Source: Rhodospirillales bacterium
GTDB taxonomy: Bacteria > Pseudomonadota > Alphaproteobacteria > Kiloniellales > DSM-21159
Direction of reading: 5' to 3'
Assembly (NCBI GenBank): GCA_965247175.1
Contig: OZ252006.1
Span: forward strand, 3,396,786-3,420,785
Length of the DNA: 24,000 nt
Below are positions 1 through 7,070 of the stretch, in pieces; positions within the stretch are counted from its first letter, which is position 1, and each line of letters opens with the position of its first letter. The translations under genes and the position numbers were made by a program. The notes under the pieces are model-generated. The model had not been told where the DNA came from. It did not search any database and saw only the letters and a program-made list of their open reading frames with translations.

Positions 1-46
1 CGGTCTGCAGGGTCGAGCTCAATCACGCCGCAATCATCGCGCACCG

Positions 47-1174
47 ATGGCCTTTCCTGCAAGATCACCGCATGTGAGCCTGCTTGGCTGCAAGGACGGC
101 CTCACGCGACCATGGCAAGCTCTCCCCATGACCAGCTCACTTCCCGATATCGCCGATCCCACCGCACCCGCCCGTTGGCTCGCCCACTGTCCGGCGCACG
201 CGGCAACGCCCGTGCGATCCCTGGATCCCTTGGCGCGGGCCCTGGATTGGGCCTCGCTCCATGCCAAGGACGAGTCGCCGCGCATGAGGCTCGGCTCCTT
301 CAAGGCACTCGGCGGCGCCTATGCCGTTCTCTGCCTCGTCGAGGAGCGGCTGCGCGATGGCCTGGGCCGCGAGCCCGACGCGGATGAGATTGCTCACGCC
401 AAGGACGGCGCGGCTCTATCCGGCCTGACGGTCTGCTGCGCCTCGGCGGGTAATCACGGTCTGTCCGTCGCGGCCGGCGCGCAGGTCTTCGGCGTGGCTT
501 GCGAGGTCTACCTGGCCGAGACGGTACCCGAGAGCTTCGCCGAGCGCCTGCGGGCGAAGGGCGCCAAGGTGGTGCGCGCCGGCAGCGTCTATGAAGAGGC
601 CATGGCGGCCGCCGCCCAGCGCGCAATCGACGAGGGCGTGACGCTGGTCTCCGACGCCTCCTGGGAAGGCGAGATGCGCGTGCCCTCATTGGTGATGCAA
701 GGCTACGCGGTGCTGGCCGAAGAGGTGCGGCAGGCCTGCGCCGCCTCGGGCCGCTGGCCGACCCACGTGGCTCTGCAGGCCGGTGTCGGCGGCTTCGCCG
801 CGGCGATGGCCGCGCACATCCGGCGGACCTGGCCGCATCAACCGGACATCATGATCGTCGAGCCCGACCGAGCCGCCTGCCTCAAGGCGAGCATGAAGGC
901 GGGCCAACCCACGCGCGCCGACGGTCCCGTCTCGAACATGGGGCGGCTCGACTGCAAGGAGCCCTCGCTGCGGGCCTTCGAGGTGCTGAGAGAGGCGGCC
1001 GACCGCTTCGTGACGGTCAGCGACGCGCAAGCCCAGGCGGCCGTCGAGCGGGTCGCCTCCCATGGCCTGCCGACCACGCCGTCGGGCGCGGCGGGCCTGG
1101 CCGGCATGATCGCGAACAGCCCTGGGCCGGATGCAGAAGTCCTGATCTTCGTGACCGAAGGCGACGTCGCCTGA
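47..1174 (+). CDS. PLP-dependent fold-type II deaminase, diaminopropionate ammonia-lyase-like
   Basis: 375-aa ORF. The PLP-lysine region DESPRMRLGSFKALGGAYAV matches by eye the DESKRFGLNAFKMLGGAYA region I recall from enterobacterial DpaL/YgeX. It also has a glycine-rich GVGGFAAA loop and a C-terminal VTEGD. The frame stays open to the window edge and a second ATG lies at 128, so the start is uncertain. Confidence 0.75.
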   Translation: MAFPARSPHVSLLGCKDGLTRPWQALPMTSSLPDIADPTAPARWLAHCPAHAATPVRSLDPLARALDWASLHAKDESPRMRLGSFKALGGAYAVLCLVEERLRDGLGREPDADEIAHAKDGAALSGLTVCCASAGNHGLSVAAGAQVFGVACEVYLAETVPESFAERLRAKGAKVVRAGSVYEEAMAAAAQRAIDEGVTLVSDASWEGEMRVPSLVMQGYAVLAEEVRQACAASGRWPTHVALQAGVGGFAAAMAAHIRRTWPHQPDIMIVEPDRAACLKASMKAGQPTRADGPVSNMGRLDCKEPSLRAFEVLREAADRFVTVSDAQAQAAVERVASHGLPTTPSGAAGLAGMIANSPGPDAEVLIFVTEGDVA

Positions 1175-1225
1175 GCCGCCGCGCGACCTTGGCGAAACAC
1201 GCCCCTCAACCCAAGAGGACCATCC

Positions 1226-1603
1226 ATGGCCAAACGCTTCATCGTCGAGGTTCCGGGCGTGCCCAAGTCGCCCTCGCCCATCTCTAACGCGGTCGTGGTG
1301 GGCGACACCTGCCACATCTCGGGGCAGCTCGCCGTCTACGACGAGGGCTATCGGCCCGGGACGGCGCGCGAGGAGGCCGAGCGCGCCTTCGAGCTGGTCT
1401 TCGCCATCGCCAAGGAAGCCGGCTTCGCGCGATCGGACATCGTCTACGTCGACCTCGCCTTCTCCGATCTAGCCGAGCTGCCTGAGGTCAACGCCCTCTA
1501 CGGCGAGCTGTTCGATCCCCGGCCCGCCCGCACGATCTATCAGGCCGCGGCCTTGCCCTTCGGCGCCAAAGTGAAGGTGCAGGCCATCGCCATGAAGGGC
1601 TAG
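1226..1603 (+). CDS. RidA/YjgF/UK114 family reactive-intermediate (enamine/imine) deaminase
   Basis: 125-aa ORF of typical RidA size and pattern (ISGQLA..., ARTIYQAAALPFGAKVKVQAIA at the C-terminus). AAGAGGA Shine-Dalgarno at 1213-1219, 6 nt before the ATG. It sits 51 nt downstream of the PLP deaminase. Confidence 0.85.
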   Translation: MAKRFIVEVPGVPKSPSPISNAVVVGDTCHISGQLAVYDEGYRPGTAREEAERAFELVFAIAKEAGFARSDIVYVDLAFSDLAELPEVNALYGELFDPRPARTIYQAAALPFGAKVKVQAIAMKG

Positions 1604-1733
1604 GCCCTCGGCTCTCCCCGGCCGATTGCGGCGGGCCGCCCCACCCGCGCGGCCGAACTCGCCGGCTTGGCCTGGGACGCCAGAGCGGCGTCTGTTAGGT
1701 TCGCCGCCAGGGCGCGAATGGGGGCACCGGGCG

Positions 1734-2990
1734 ATGAACAAGCGAACCTTGCTGTCGGTGATCGGTGGCAATTCCCTCGAGTGGTACGACTTCATGGTCT
1801 ATGCGGGCCTGGCGCCGATTATCTCCAAGGCGTTCTTTCCGCAGTCCGATGCCGGATTTGCCCTGATCCTGACATTCGGCGTCTTCGCGGTCGGCTACCT
1901 GTCGCGTCCTCTGGGCGGATTGCTGATAGGCTATTTGGGCGACCGCCTGGGGCGCCGCCGAGCGCTGATCCTGTCCATCAGCTTGATGGCCATTCCCACG
2001 GCGGCGGTCGGGTTTCTGCCGACCTACTCGGACATCGGCATCGCCGCGCCGCTGCTGCTGTTGGCGCTGCGCCTGCTTCAGGGCTTCGCGGTTGGAGGAG
2101 AGTTTCCCTCCGCCATGTCCTATCTGGCGGAAATTGCGCCGCGCAAGCGCCGGGGATTTGTCGGCAGTTTCGCGATGGGCGGTGTGCTTTTCGGCCTGTT
2201 GCTCGCCAATATCGTGACCGTCACGGTCAATACCAATCTGACCGCCGCCGAAATGGCGGACTGGGGTTGGCGCCTGCCCTTCGTGTTCGCACTGGTGCTG
2301 GCGCTGCTCGTCCTCTACCTGCGCCTCGGCTTGGCGGAGTCGCCGATCTTTTCCAAGAAACGCAACAGCCCGGACGCGGCACAGAACCCGATCGTCAGCG
2401 CGGTTCAAAATCGCTGGCCTGCGATCGTGAAGATCTTCTTCTTCCTGGTCTTCAACAGCATCGCCTTCTACTCGGTCATGGTTCTCGCAACGACCTATCT
2501 GTCGAAGACCGCCGGGTTCACCTACGAGTCGGCCCTGATCATATCGTTGGTCGGGAGCCTCGCGATGCTCGTCCTGCTGCCGCTGGGCGGGCACATCTCC
2601 GATCGGATCGGACGGCGCAAGACCACGGGCATTGCCGCCTTTCTCGGCCTCGTCCTGAGCTATCCGCTGTATCTCGCCTTCACTCAGGGCTCATTCGGCC
2701 TCGCCCTGGCCGCCCAGCTCGTTTTCGTCATGGTGTTGGCGCTTCACATCGGCCCCATACCCAGCCTGATCGCAGAGCAGTTCGGCACCACCCATCGCCT
2801 CTCGGGCGTCGCCATCGCCTTCAACCTCAATCTGTCGATCGTTGGCGGCACCGCCCCGCTGCTCAATGAGTTCTTCCTGCAACGAACGGGCTGGGCTGAA
2901 GCGCCGAGCATCTATCTGATGATCGGCGCAATCGTCAGTCTGATTGCAATCTACAGCCTGCGAGAAACCGCCGACCGTGACCTCGAGTGA
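1734..2990 (+). CDS. MFS transporter, metabolite:H+ symporter (MHS) subfamily
   Basis: N-terminal NSLEWYDFMVYA signature of MHS carriers (ProP/KgtP-like), MFS motif A GDRLGRRRAL, and about 12 hydrophobic segments. The track ORF starts at 1626, but the N-terminal 36 aa are Pro/Arg-rich and unlike a transporter, so I chose the internal ATG at 1734 (MNKRTLLSVIGG). Confidence 0.85.
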   Translation: MNKRTLLSVIGGNSLEWYDFMVYAGLAPIISKAFFPQSDAGFALILTFGVFAVGYLSRPLGGLLIGYLGDRLGRRRALILSISLMAIPTAAVGFLPTYSDIGIAAPLLLLALRLLQGFAVGGEFPSAMSYLAEIAPRKRRGFVGSFAMGGVLFGLLLANIVTVTVNTNLTAAEMADWGWRLPFVFALVLALLVLYLRLGLAESPIFSKKRNSPDAAQNPIVSAVQNRWPAIVKIFFFLVFNSIAFYSVMVLATTYLSKTAGFTYESALIISLVGSLAMLVLLPLGGHISDRIGRRKTTGIAAFLGLVLSYPLYLAFTQGSFGLALAAQLVFVMVLALHIGPIPSLIAEQFGTTHRLSGVAIAFNLNLSIVGGTAPLLNEFFLQRTGWAEAPSIYLMIGAIVSLIAIYSLRETADRDLE

Positions 2991-3042
2991 GCGACCCCAT
3001 GCCGAGACCAGGTCCCTAGCTCTGGCGTTTGCCGCCGTCGAT

Positions 3043-3065
3043 CCGTGAAGCAAGCGGCTTCACGG
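3043..3065 (+). terminator. Perfect 9-bp stem / 5-nt loop hairpin between the MFS gene and sugE
   Basis: CCGTGAAGC (3043-3051), AAGCG loop, GCTTCACGG (3057-3065), about 53 nt after the MFS stop. There is no downstream T-run, so it is not a canonical intrinsic terminator. It could be a weak terminator or an RNA-stabilising element. Confidence 0.3.
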
Positions 3066-3117
3066 CGCGGCCCCATCCGTGGAGGATGCAAGCGACTGAG
3101 ATCTAGGAGTATCGAGA

Positions 3118-3471
3118 ATGAGCGCACTCGGCCTGTCCGCCGTATCGGTTGCTTGGATTGCCCTCCTCTTGGCCGGGCTCTTCGAGATTGGCTGGCCCGT
3201 GGGGCTCAAGATCTCCCAGCAGCCCGGCCGCTTTGCGCCCGGCATCGCCTTGGCCGGCGTCTGCATCTTCGTGTCGGGTATGCTTCTCTGGTACGCGCAG
3301 AAGACGATCCCCATCGGCACGGCCTACGCGGTCTGGGTCGGTATCGGGGCAGCGGGGACCTTCCTGGTCGGGGTCGCGTTCTTCGGCGATACGGCGACGC
3401 TTGTCCGGGTGCTCGGCATCGTGCTGATCGTCGGCGGCGTCGTGACGCTCAAGCTCGGCAGCGTCAGCTAA
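3118..3471 (+). CDS. sugE: SMR-family small multidrug-resistance protein, SugE/Gdx (guanidinium exporter) type
   Basis: 117 aa with four TM segments. GLFEIGWPVGLK (conserved membrane Glu) and PIGTAYAVWVGIGAAGT closely resemble E. coli SugE (LLEVVWAVGLK, PVGTAYAVWTGIGAVG). AGGAG at 3105-3109, 8 nt before the ATG. Confidence 0.85.
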   Translation: MSALGLSAVSVAWIALLLAGLFEIGWPVGLKISQQPGRFAPGIALAGVCIFVSGMLLWYAQKTIPIGTAYAVWVGIGAAGTFLVGVAFFGDTATLVRVLGIVLIVGGVVTLKLGSVS

Positions 3472-3483
3472 CGGCTTGCGGGA

Positions 3484-4122
3484 TCAGGTCAGCTCCCTTA
3501 GCCCGCTCGGCGTCTCGATCTCGGCCCGGTAGCGGAGCTTGGGCCCCCGGACGATCGCCGGCGGACGGTCGATGGCGAGGTCGCGGTAGAGCGCCTCGAT
3601 GGCGGCCGGATCGGGATGTTCCAGGGTGAAGCCACGGAGGCGGGCGCCGAGATCGGGGATGGCGCCCATGGGCTCGGGCGCCCCGCGGCGGTCGATGATC
3701 GAGGGGGCCGCGCCGTCGAGGGGGAGCGAACCGTCCGCGGGGATGGCAAAGGCGAACGAGGGGTCGGCCGGCGGCAGCGGCACCTCCTCCCCGAAGGTCC
3801 CGGGGTGGGCGGAGAGAAGGCCGGCCATGTCCGCGGTGCCGGCAACCCAGCCGCGCAGACGCCGTCCGTCGGCCCAGTCCGACCTGACCTGCGCTTGGTC
3901 GTCGAGACCGAACCAGCGGGCCTGGCCGGGCGCGATACCCTCCGGATCCCACGCCACGATCTCGAGATAGACCGCGCCGCCGAGCCGAAGCCGGTGATTG
4001 TGTGTGCCCATGTAGTCATGCGTCGCCCCGAAGGGCACATCGAGGCCGAGGCAGTCCCGGACATGCGCCACCCCTTCGGCCAAGCTGGGGGCGATGACGG
4101 TGATGTGGTCGAGCGTCAGCAT
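3484..4122 (-). CDS. VOC / glyoxalase-like domain protein
   Basis: 212 aa. MLTLDHITVIAPSLAEG...THNHRLRLGG..YLEIVAWDPEG is the pattern I associate with the glyoxalase-like (Glyoxalase_3-type) domain. GGAGG at 4132-4136 on the coding strand, 9 nt upstream of the ATG. Confidence 0.7.
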   Translation of the reverse strand: MLTLDHITVIAPSLAEGVAHVRDCLGLDVPFGATHDYMGTHNHRLRLGGAVYLEIVAWDPEGIAPGQARWFGLDDQAQVRSDWADGRRLRGWVAGTADMAGLLSAHPGTFGEEVPLPPADPSFAFAIPADGSLPLDGAAPSIIDRRGAPEPMGAIPDLGARLRGFTLEHPDPAAIEALYRDLAIDRPPAIVRGPKLRYRAEIETPSGLRELT

Positions 4123-4267
4123 GTGCGGAAACCTCCGTTGCTACCCCAGGAGCGCGGTCGATCGGACCTGCCGAGAAAATCGACGGGAACCTATGATCTG
4201 GATGGGTCTTCGGCGGGGCGAGTCCCTACCTAGACTACCGTGTGTTCAGCCGTCCAGGAGACCCGAC

Positions 4268-4681
4268 GTGCCACGAGAGACTTTGCAGCCGCCCAAACTG
4301 TTCGACAGCAAGAAATGGGGATTCTCGCAGGTCGTCGTCTCGCCGCCCGGACGGACCGTGCATATCGCCGGCCAGGTCGCATGGGATGCGAGCGAGCGCA
4401 TCGTGGCGGACGACCTGGAGAGCCAGTTCAGGAAAACGCTGGAGCACGTCTTCATCGCCGTTCGGGCGGCGGGCGGAGAACCGGACGACCTCCAGTCCCT
4501 TCGCTTCTATATCCCGAACTTCCGGCCGGGAGAGGACGCCGAGACGATCGCGCGCGTTCTCGTCGATGTCTTCGGCACGGAAAACCCGCCGGCCTCCTCG
4601 TGGATCGGCGTTCAGGCGCTGGCCCAGCCCGAGTATCTGATCGAGGTCGAAGCGACCGCCATCGTCCCGGACCCCGCATGA
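4268..4681 (+). CDS. RidA/YjgF family protein (second paralogue)
   Basis: VHIAGQVAWDASERIV...LESQFRKTLEHVFIAV...PASSWIGVQALAQPEYLIEVEATAIV fits the YjgF/RidA fold pattern. I chose GTG 4268 because AGGAG (4256-4260) lies 7 nt upstream. The track ORF begins at 4094, but that extension is Arg/Cys-rich and runs into the divergent promoter region. Confidence 0.75.
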   Translation: MPRETLQPPKLFDSKKWGFSQVVVSPPGRTVHIAGQVAWDASERIVADDLESQFRKTLEHVFIAVRAAGGEPDDLQSLRFYIPNFRPGEDAETIARVLVDVFGTENPPASSWIGVQALAQPEYLIEVEATAIVPDPA

Positions 4682-5316
4682 CTCCAGACGAGATCGCCCA
4701 TCGTTTCCCGCGGCTCTATCACGTGACCGAGCCGGGCGCGCAGGAGAGCGTGCGCCGGCACGGGCTGCTCTCGACCGTCGCGCTGCTCGATCTCTTCGAG
4801 ACGCCGGCGGCCGAACGGCTCCCGTTGTTGCAGGCGCGGCGGCCGGATCCCGTGCCGCTCTCCCACCCGGTCCATGGCCAAGCGATCCTCAACGACCAGC
4901 GGCCCTTGTCGATGAAAGCGCTGGAGACTTGCCTCGACGACGGCCTCGCGCCGGCCGATTGGCTCGGCCTGCTCAACGGCAAGGTGTTCTTCTGGCCAGA
5001 CGAAAAGCAGCTACAGCGCTTGACCCAGGCGCGCGCCAACCGGGCGCGCCAGCGGGAGGTCCTCGTCTTCGATACGGCGCGGCTGATGGAGGAGAGCTTC
5101 GAGCGACTGCGTCTCTCGCCGATCAACAGCGGCAATACCATGCGACGCCCGGCCCGGCGCGGCCTCGCCACCTTCGCGCTGGCCAAAGACCATGCCTGGG
5201 AGGACTGGCGCGGCCTGCGCGGACGCCGCGACAGCGTGGTCGAGATCGCCATCGACCATCGGGTTGCCTCGGCCGGCGATGCGCTCCTGGAGGTCAGGCG
5301 CGTCGGCGAGGCATGA
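4678..5316 (+). CDS. Conserved hypothetical protein with possible ADP-ribosyltransferase-like (H-x-T ... aromatic ... E) motif order
   Basis: The start ATG overlaps the ridA-like stop (ATGA at 4678-4681). 212 aa with FPRLYHVTEPG at the N-terminus, GKVFFWPDE mid-protein and SVVEIAIDH near the C-terminus. I recall similar proteins annotated only as a DUF, and I cannot name the family with certainty. Confidence 0.6.
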   Translation: MTPDEIAHRFPRLYHVTEPGAQESVRRHGLLSTVALLDLFETPAAERLPLLQARRPDPVPLSHPVHGQAILNDQRPLSMKALETCLDDGLAPADWLGLLNGKVFFWPDEKQLQRLTQARANRARQREVLVFDTARLMEESFERLRLSPINSGNTMRRPARRGLATFALAKDHAWEDWRGLRGRRDSVVEIAIDHRVASAGDALLEVRRVGEA

Positions 5317-5358
5317 CGACCGGATTGTCGCGTTTGTTGAACAACCTGCCGATGGTGA
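5314..5358 (+). repeat. Copy A of a ~50-nt intergenic repeat (TGACGAC ... ACCTGCCGATGGTGA)
   Basis: It shares an exact 7-mer (TGACGAC, directly at a stop codon) and an exact 15-mer (ACCTGCCGATGGTGA, 5344-5358) in the same order and orientation with copy B. GATTG and TTG blocks lie between them. Confidence 0.55.
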
Positions 5359-5364
5359 ACTCAC

Positions 5365-6147
5365 ATGCCTGAACTCGCCGACTTCTTGTCGTTCGCGGTC
5401 GCACTGGCCGACGCCTCTGCCTGCCACGCCAGAGACCATTGGCGTGGCGACTTCGCCGTGACCTACAAGTCAGATGGATCCTCTTTGACGGACGCCGATC
5501 TGAGCATCGAAGCGACCTGGCGGGAGCTCATCCGTCAGCGCTTCCCCTCGCATGGCATCCTGGGAGAGGAATACGGCTCCGAAAGCGGCAGCAGCGCCTA
5601 CACCTGGGTTCTCGATCCGATCGACGGGACGCGTCAGTTCGGAACGGGGCTGCTGAACTTCGCCTCCCTCGTCAGCCTGTGCCGCGACGGCTCTCCGGTC
5701 CTCGGCATCATCGATCTGCCGTTGAGCGGCATGCGATACGTGGCGGCCGAAGGACAGGGCACGCGCTTCGACGGCCGCCCGGTCCGGAGCAGTGGGCAAG
5801 GCGACATCGGCTCCGCGATCGTCAGCCTGGCAAACCCCGAGAGCTTCACCGGCGATGCGGCGGGAGGCTACGAGCGGATGCGCGCCTGCGGGCGGCTCAG
5901 GGTGTTCGACGGCGGGGCGCCGGCCTATGGCGCGCTCTCGCGCGGACTGATCGACGTTTGCCTCAACGGAAGCGATCTCGACGCCTTCGACATCTGCGCG
6001 CTCTGTCCGGTCGTGACGGAAGCCGGGGGCGCGATCTCCGACTGGACCGGGCAAGCCCTGTCGATCGCATCGCGCGGCGTCATCGTCGCCAGCGCCTCTC
6101 CTGATCTTCATGCCGTCGTGCTGAGCAAACTCACGGAACTTGTTTGA
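5365..6147 (+). CDS. Inositol monophosphatase family enzyme (IMPase / HisN / CysQ-like phosphatase)
   Basis: 260 aa with the family motifs GILGEEYG, WVLDPIDGTRQF and the C-terminal DICALCPVVTEAGGAISDW. Substrate cannot be assigned from sequence alone. Confidence 0.8.
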   Translation: MPELADFLSFAVALADASACHARDHWRGDFAVTYKSDGSSLTDADLSIEATWRELIRQRFPSHGILGEEYGSESGSSAYTWVLDPIDGTRQFGTGLLNFASLVSLCRDGSPVLGIIDLPLSGMRYVAAEGQGTRFDGRPVRSSGQGDIGSAIVSLANPESFTGDAAGGYERMRACGRLRVFDGGAPAYGALSRGLIDVCLNGSDLDAFDICALCPVVTEAGGAISDWTGQALSIASRGVIVASASPDLHAVVLSKLTELV

Positions 6148-6214
6148 AAGCCAGGTTGGGTCGGCTTGAACCAGCTCCCATGGCCCGCGGCACCGGTCGG
6201 GCCTCCGGGACATG

Positions 6215-6265
6215 TGACGACAGATTGGTTGCCCTTGCAGTTGTAAAACGACCTGCCGATGGTGA
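6215..6265 (+). repeat. Copy B of the ~50-nt intergenic repeat
   Basis: TGACGAC at 6215-6221 and ACCTGCCGATGGTGA at 6251-6265. It lies in the low-GC3, apparently non-coding gap after the IMPase-family gene. Confidence 0.55.
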
Positions 6266-6308
6266 CAGCGGGTGGGAACCGTTTCTCGACCGAGAGGGAG
6301 TCTGGAAG

Positions 6309-6443
6309 GTGTCGCACTTCGAGTTGATTGCGCTTGCCGCTTTTATCGTCGCCGCCGTCATCTTCACCGTCAGCATCGGGCTGCTGCTGATGCTGGCGCT
6401 GACGCTCTACCGCGAGCGTCAAATGGCGGCCGGAAACCAATAA
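6309..6443 (+). CDS. Putative 44-aa single-pass membrane peptide
   Basis: GTG 6309 is preceded by GAGGGAG (6294-6300) at 8-nt spacing. The product VSHFELIALAAFIVAAVIFTVSIGLLLMLALTLYRERQMAAGNQ is one clean TM helix with a basic tail. Third-position GC is high from 6309 onward (about 36 of 44 codons by my count) but drops in 6180-6308, arguing against the longer 99-aa track ORF. Confidence 0.4.
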   Translation: MSHFELIALAAFIVAAVIFTVSIGLLLMLALTLYRERQMAAGNQ

Positions 6444-6461
6444 GGCTCTAGAGTCCGCCCG

Positions 6462-7064
6462 ATGAGTGAGCCCGCAGACGAGGTCGTCGAGCTCTACCGG
6501 CGTCATGCGCAAGCCTGGGCGCAGGCCCGCGGCGCGAAACTGATCGAGGGGGCATGGCTCGATCGTTTCACAGCGCTCTTGCCCGAACAGGCGGAGATAC
6601 TCGATCTGGGCTGCGGCCCGGGCGTGCCGATCGGGCACGCGCTCGTCGCCCGCGGACACACGCTGACCGGCGTGGACGCCGCCCCCGAGATGATCGCGCT
6701 CTTCGAGAAGAACCTGCCGGGACAAGAAGCCATCGTGGCGGATATGCGCGCGCTGCGACTACAGCGGCTATTCGACGGCCTGCTGGCGTGGGACAGCTTC
6801 TTCCACCTGCCGCCCACGGCGCAGCGCGCGATGTTCCCGGTTTTCCGGGAACATGCCAAACCTGGCGCCGCCCTGATGTTCACCAGCGGCCCCACCTGTG
6901 GCGAGGCGATCGGTGCGCTTGAAGGCGAGCCGCTCTATCATGCGAGCCTGGGGCCCGATGAGTATCGCGCGCTGCTGGATCAAAACGGCTTCGAGATCGT
7001 CTGTCACGCCGTCGAGGATCCGGACTGCGGCGGGCATAGCGTGTGGCTCGCGCAGCGGCGGTGA
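6462..7064 (+). CDS. Class I SAM-dependent methyltransferase
   Basis: 200 aa with SAM-binding motif I ILDLGCGPGVP, followed by an acidic residue after beta-2 (LTGVDAAPEM) and LLAWDSFFHL (motif II/III region). Confidence 0.8.
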   Translation: MSEPADEVVELYRRHAQAWAQARGAKLIEGAWLDRFTALLPEQAEILDLGCGPGVPIGHALVARGHTLTGVDAAPEMIALFEKNLPGQEAIVADMRALRLQRLFDGLLAWDSFFHLPPTAQRAMFPVFREHAKPGAALMFTSGPTCGEAIGALEGEPLYHASLGPDEYRALLDQNGFEIVCHAVEDPDCGGHSVWLAQRR

Positions 7065-7070
7065 GAGGCG

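Noticed and set aside
3008-3030. CTAGGGACCTGGTC on the minus strand is reminiscent of the CUAGGGUUCCG...GGUCCGAGAG start of the ykkC guanidine-I motif.
   Set aside because: It reads away from sugE, into the 3' end of the MFS gene, and no minus-strand gene lies downstream. The rest of the motif is absent. It is probably coincidence.
2991-3117. I looked for a guanidine riboswitch (ykkC guanidine-I, mini-ykkC guanidine-II with ACGR loops, or guanidine-III) upstream of sugE/gdx, where such elements are common.
   Set aside because: The only hairpin (3043-3065) has an AAGCG loop rather than ACGR, and there is no second matching hairpin. I saw nothing resembling the guanidine-I or guanidine-III conserved cores on the plus strand. 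A covariance-model scan would be needed to exclude a divergent element.
4185-4211. GGGAACC followed about 15 nt later by TCTTC looks like an ECF-sigma-type promoter (GGAAC-N16-17-CGTT/TCnnA) upstream of ridA2. A second GGGAACC sits at 6274-6280 after repeat copy B.
   Set aside because: The -10-like element is poor at the first site, and the spacing is wrong (about 21 nt) at the second. There is no sigma or anti-sigma gene in the window to support it.
6144-6443. The full 99-aa track ORF (TTG 6144, or ATG 6180) was considered as the real gene after the IMPase-family gene.
   Set aside because: The first two-thirds have low third-position GC, contain repeat copy B, and translate to a motif-free Arg/Gly-rich sequence. 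Only the last 44 codons look coding and have a properly spaced Shine-Dalgarno.
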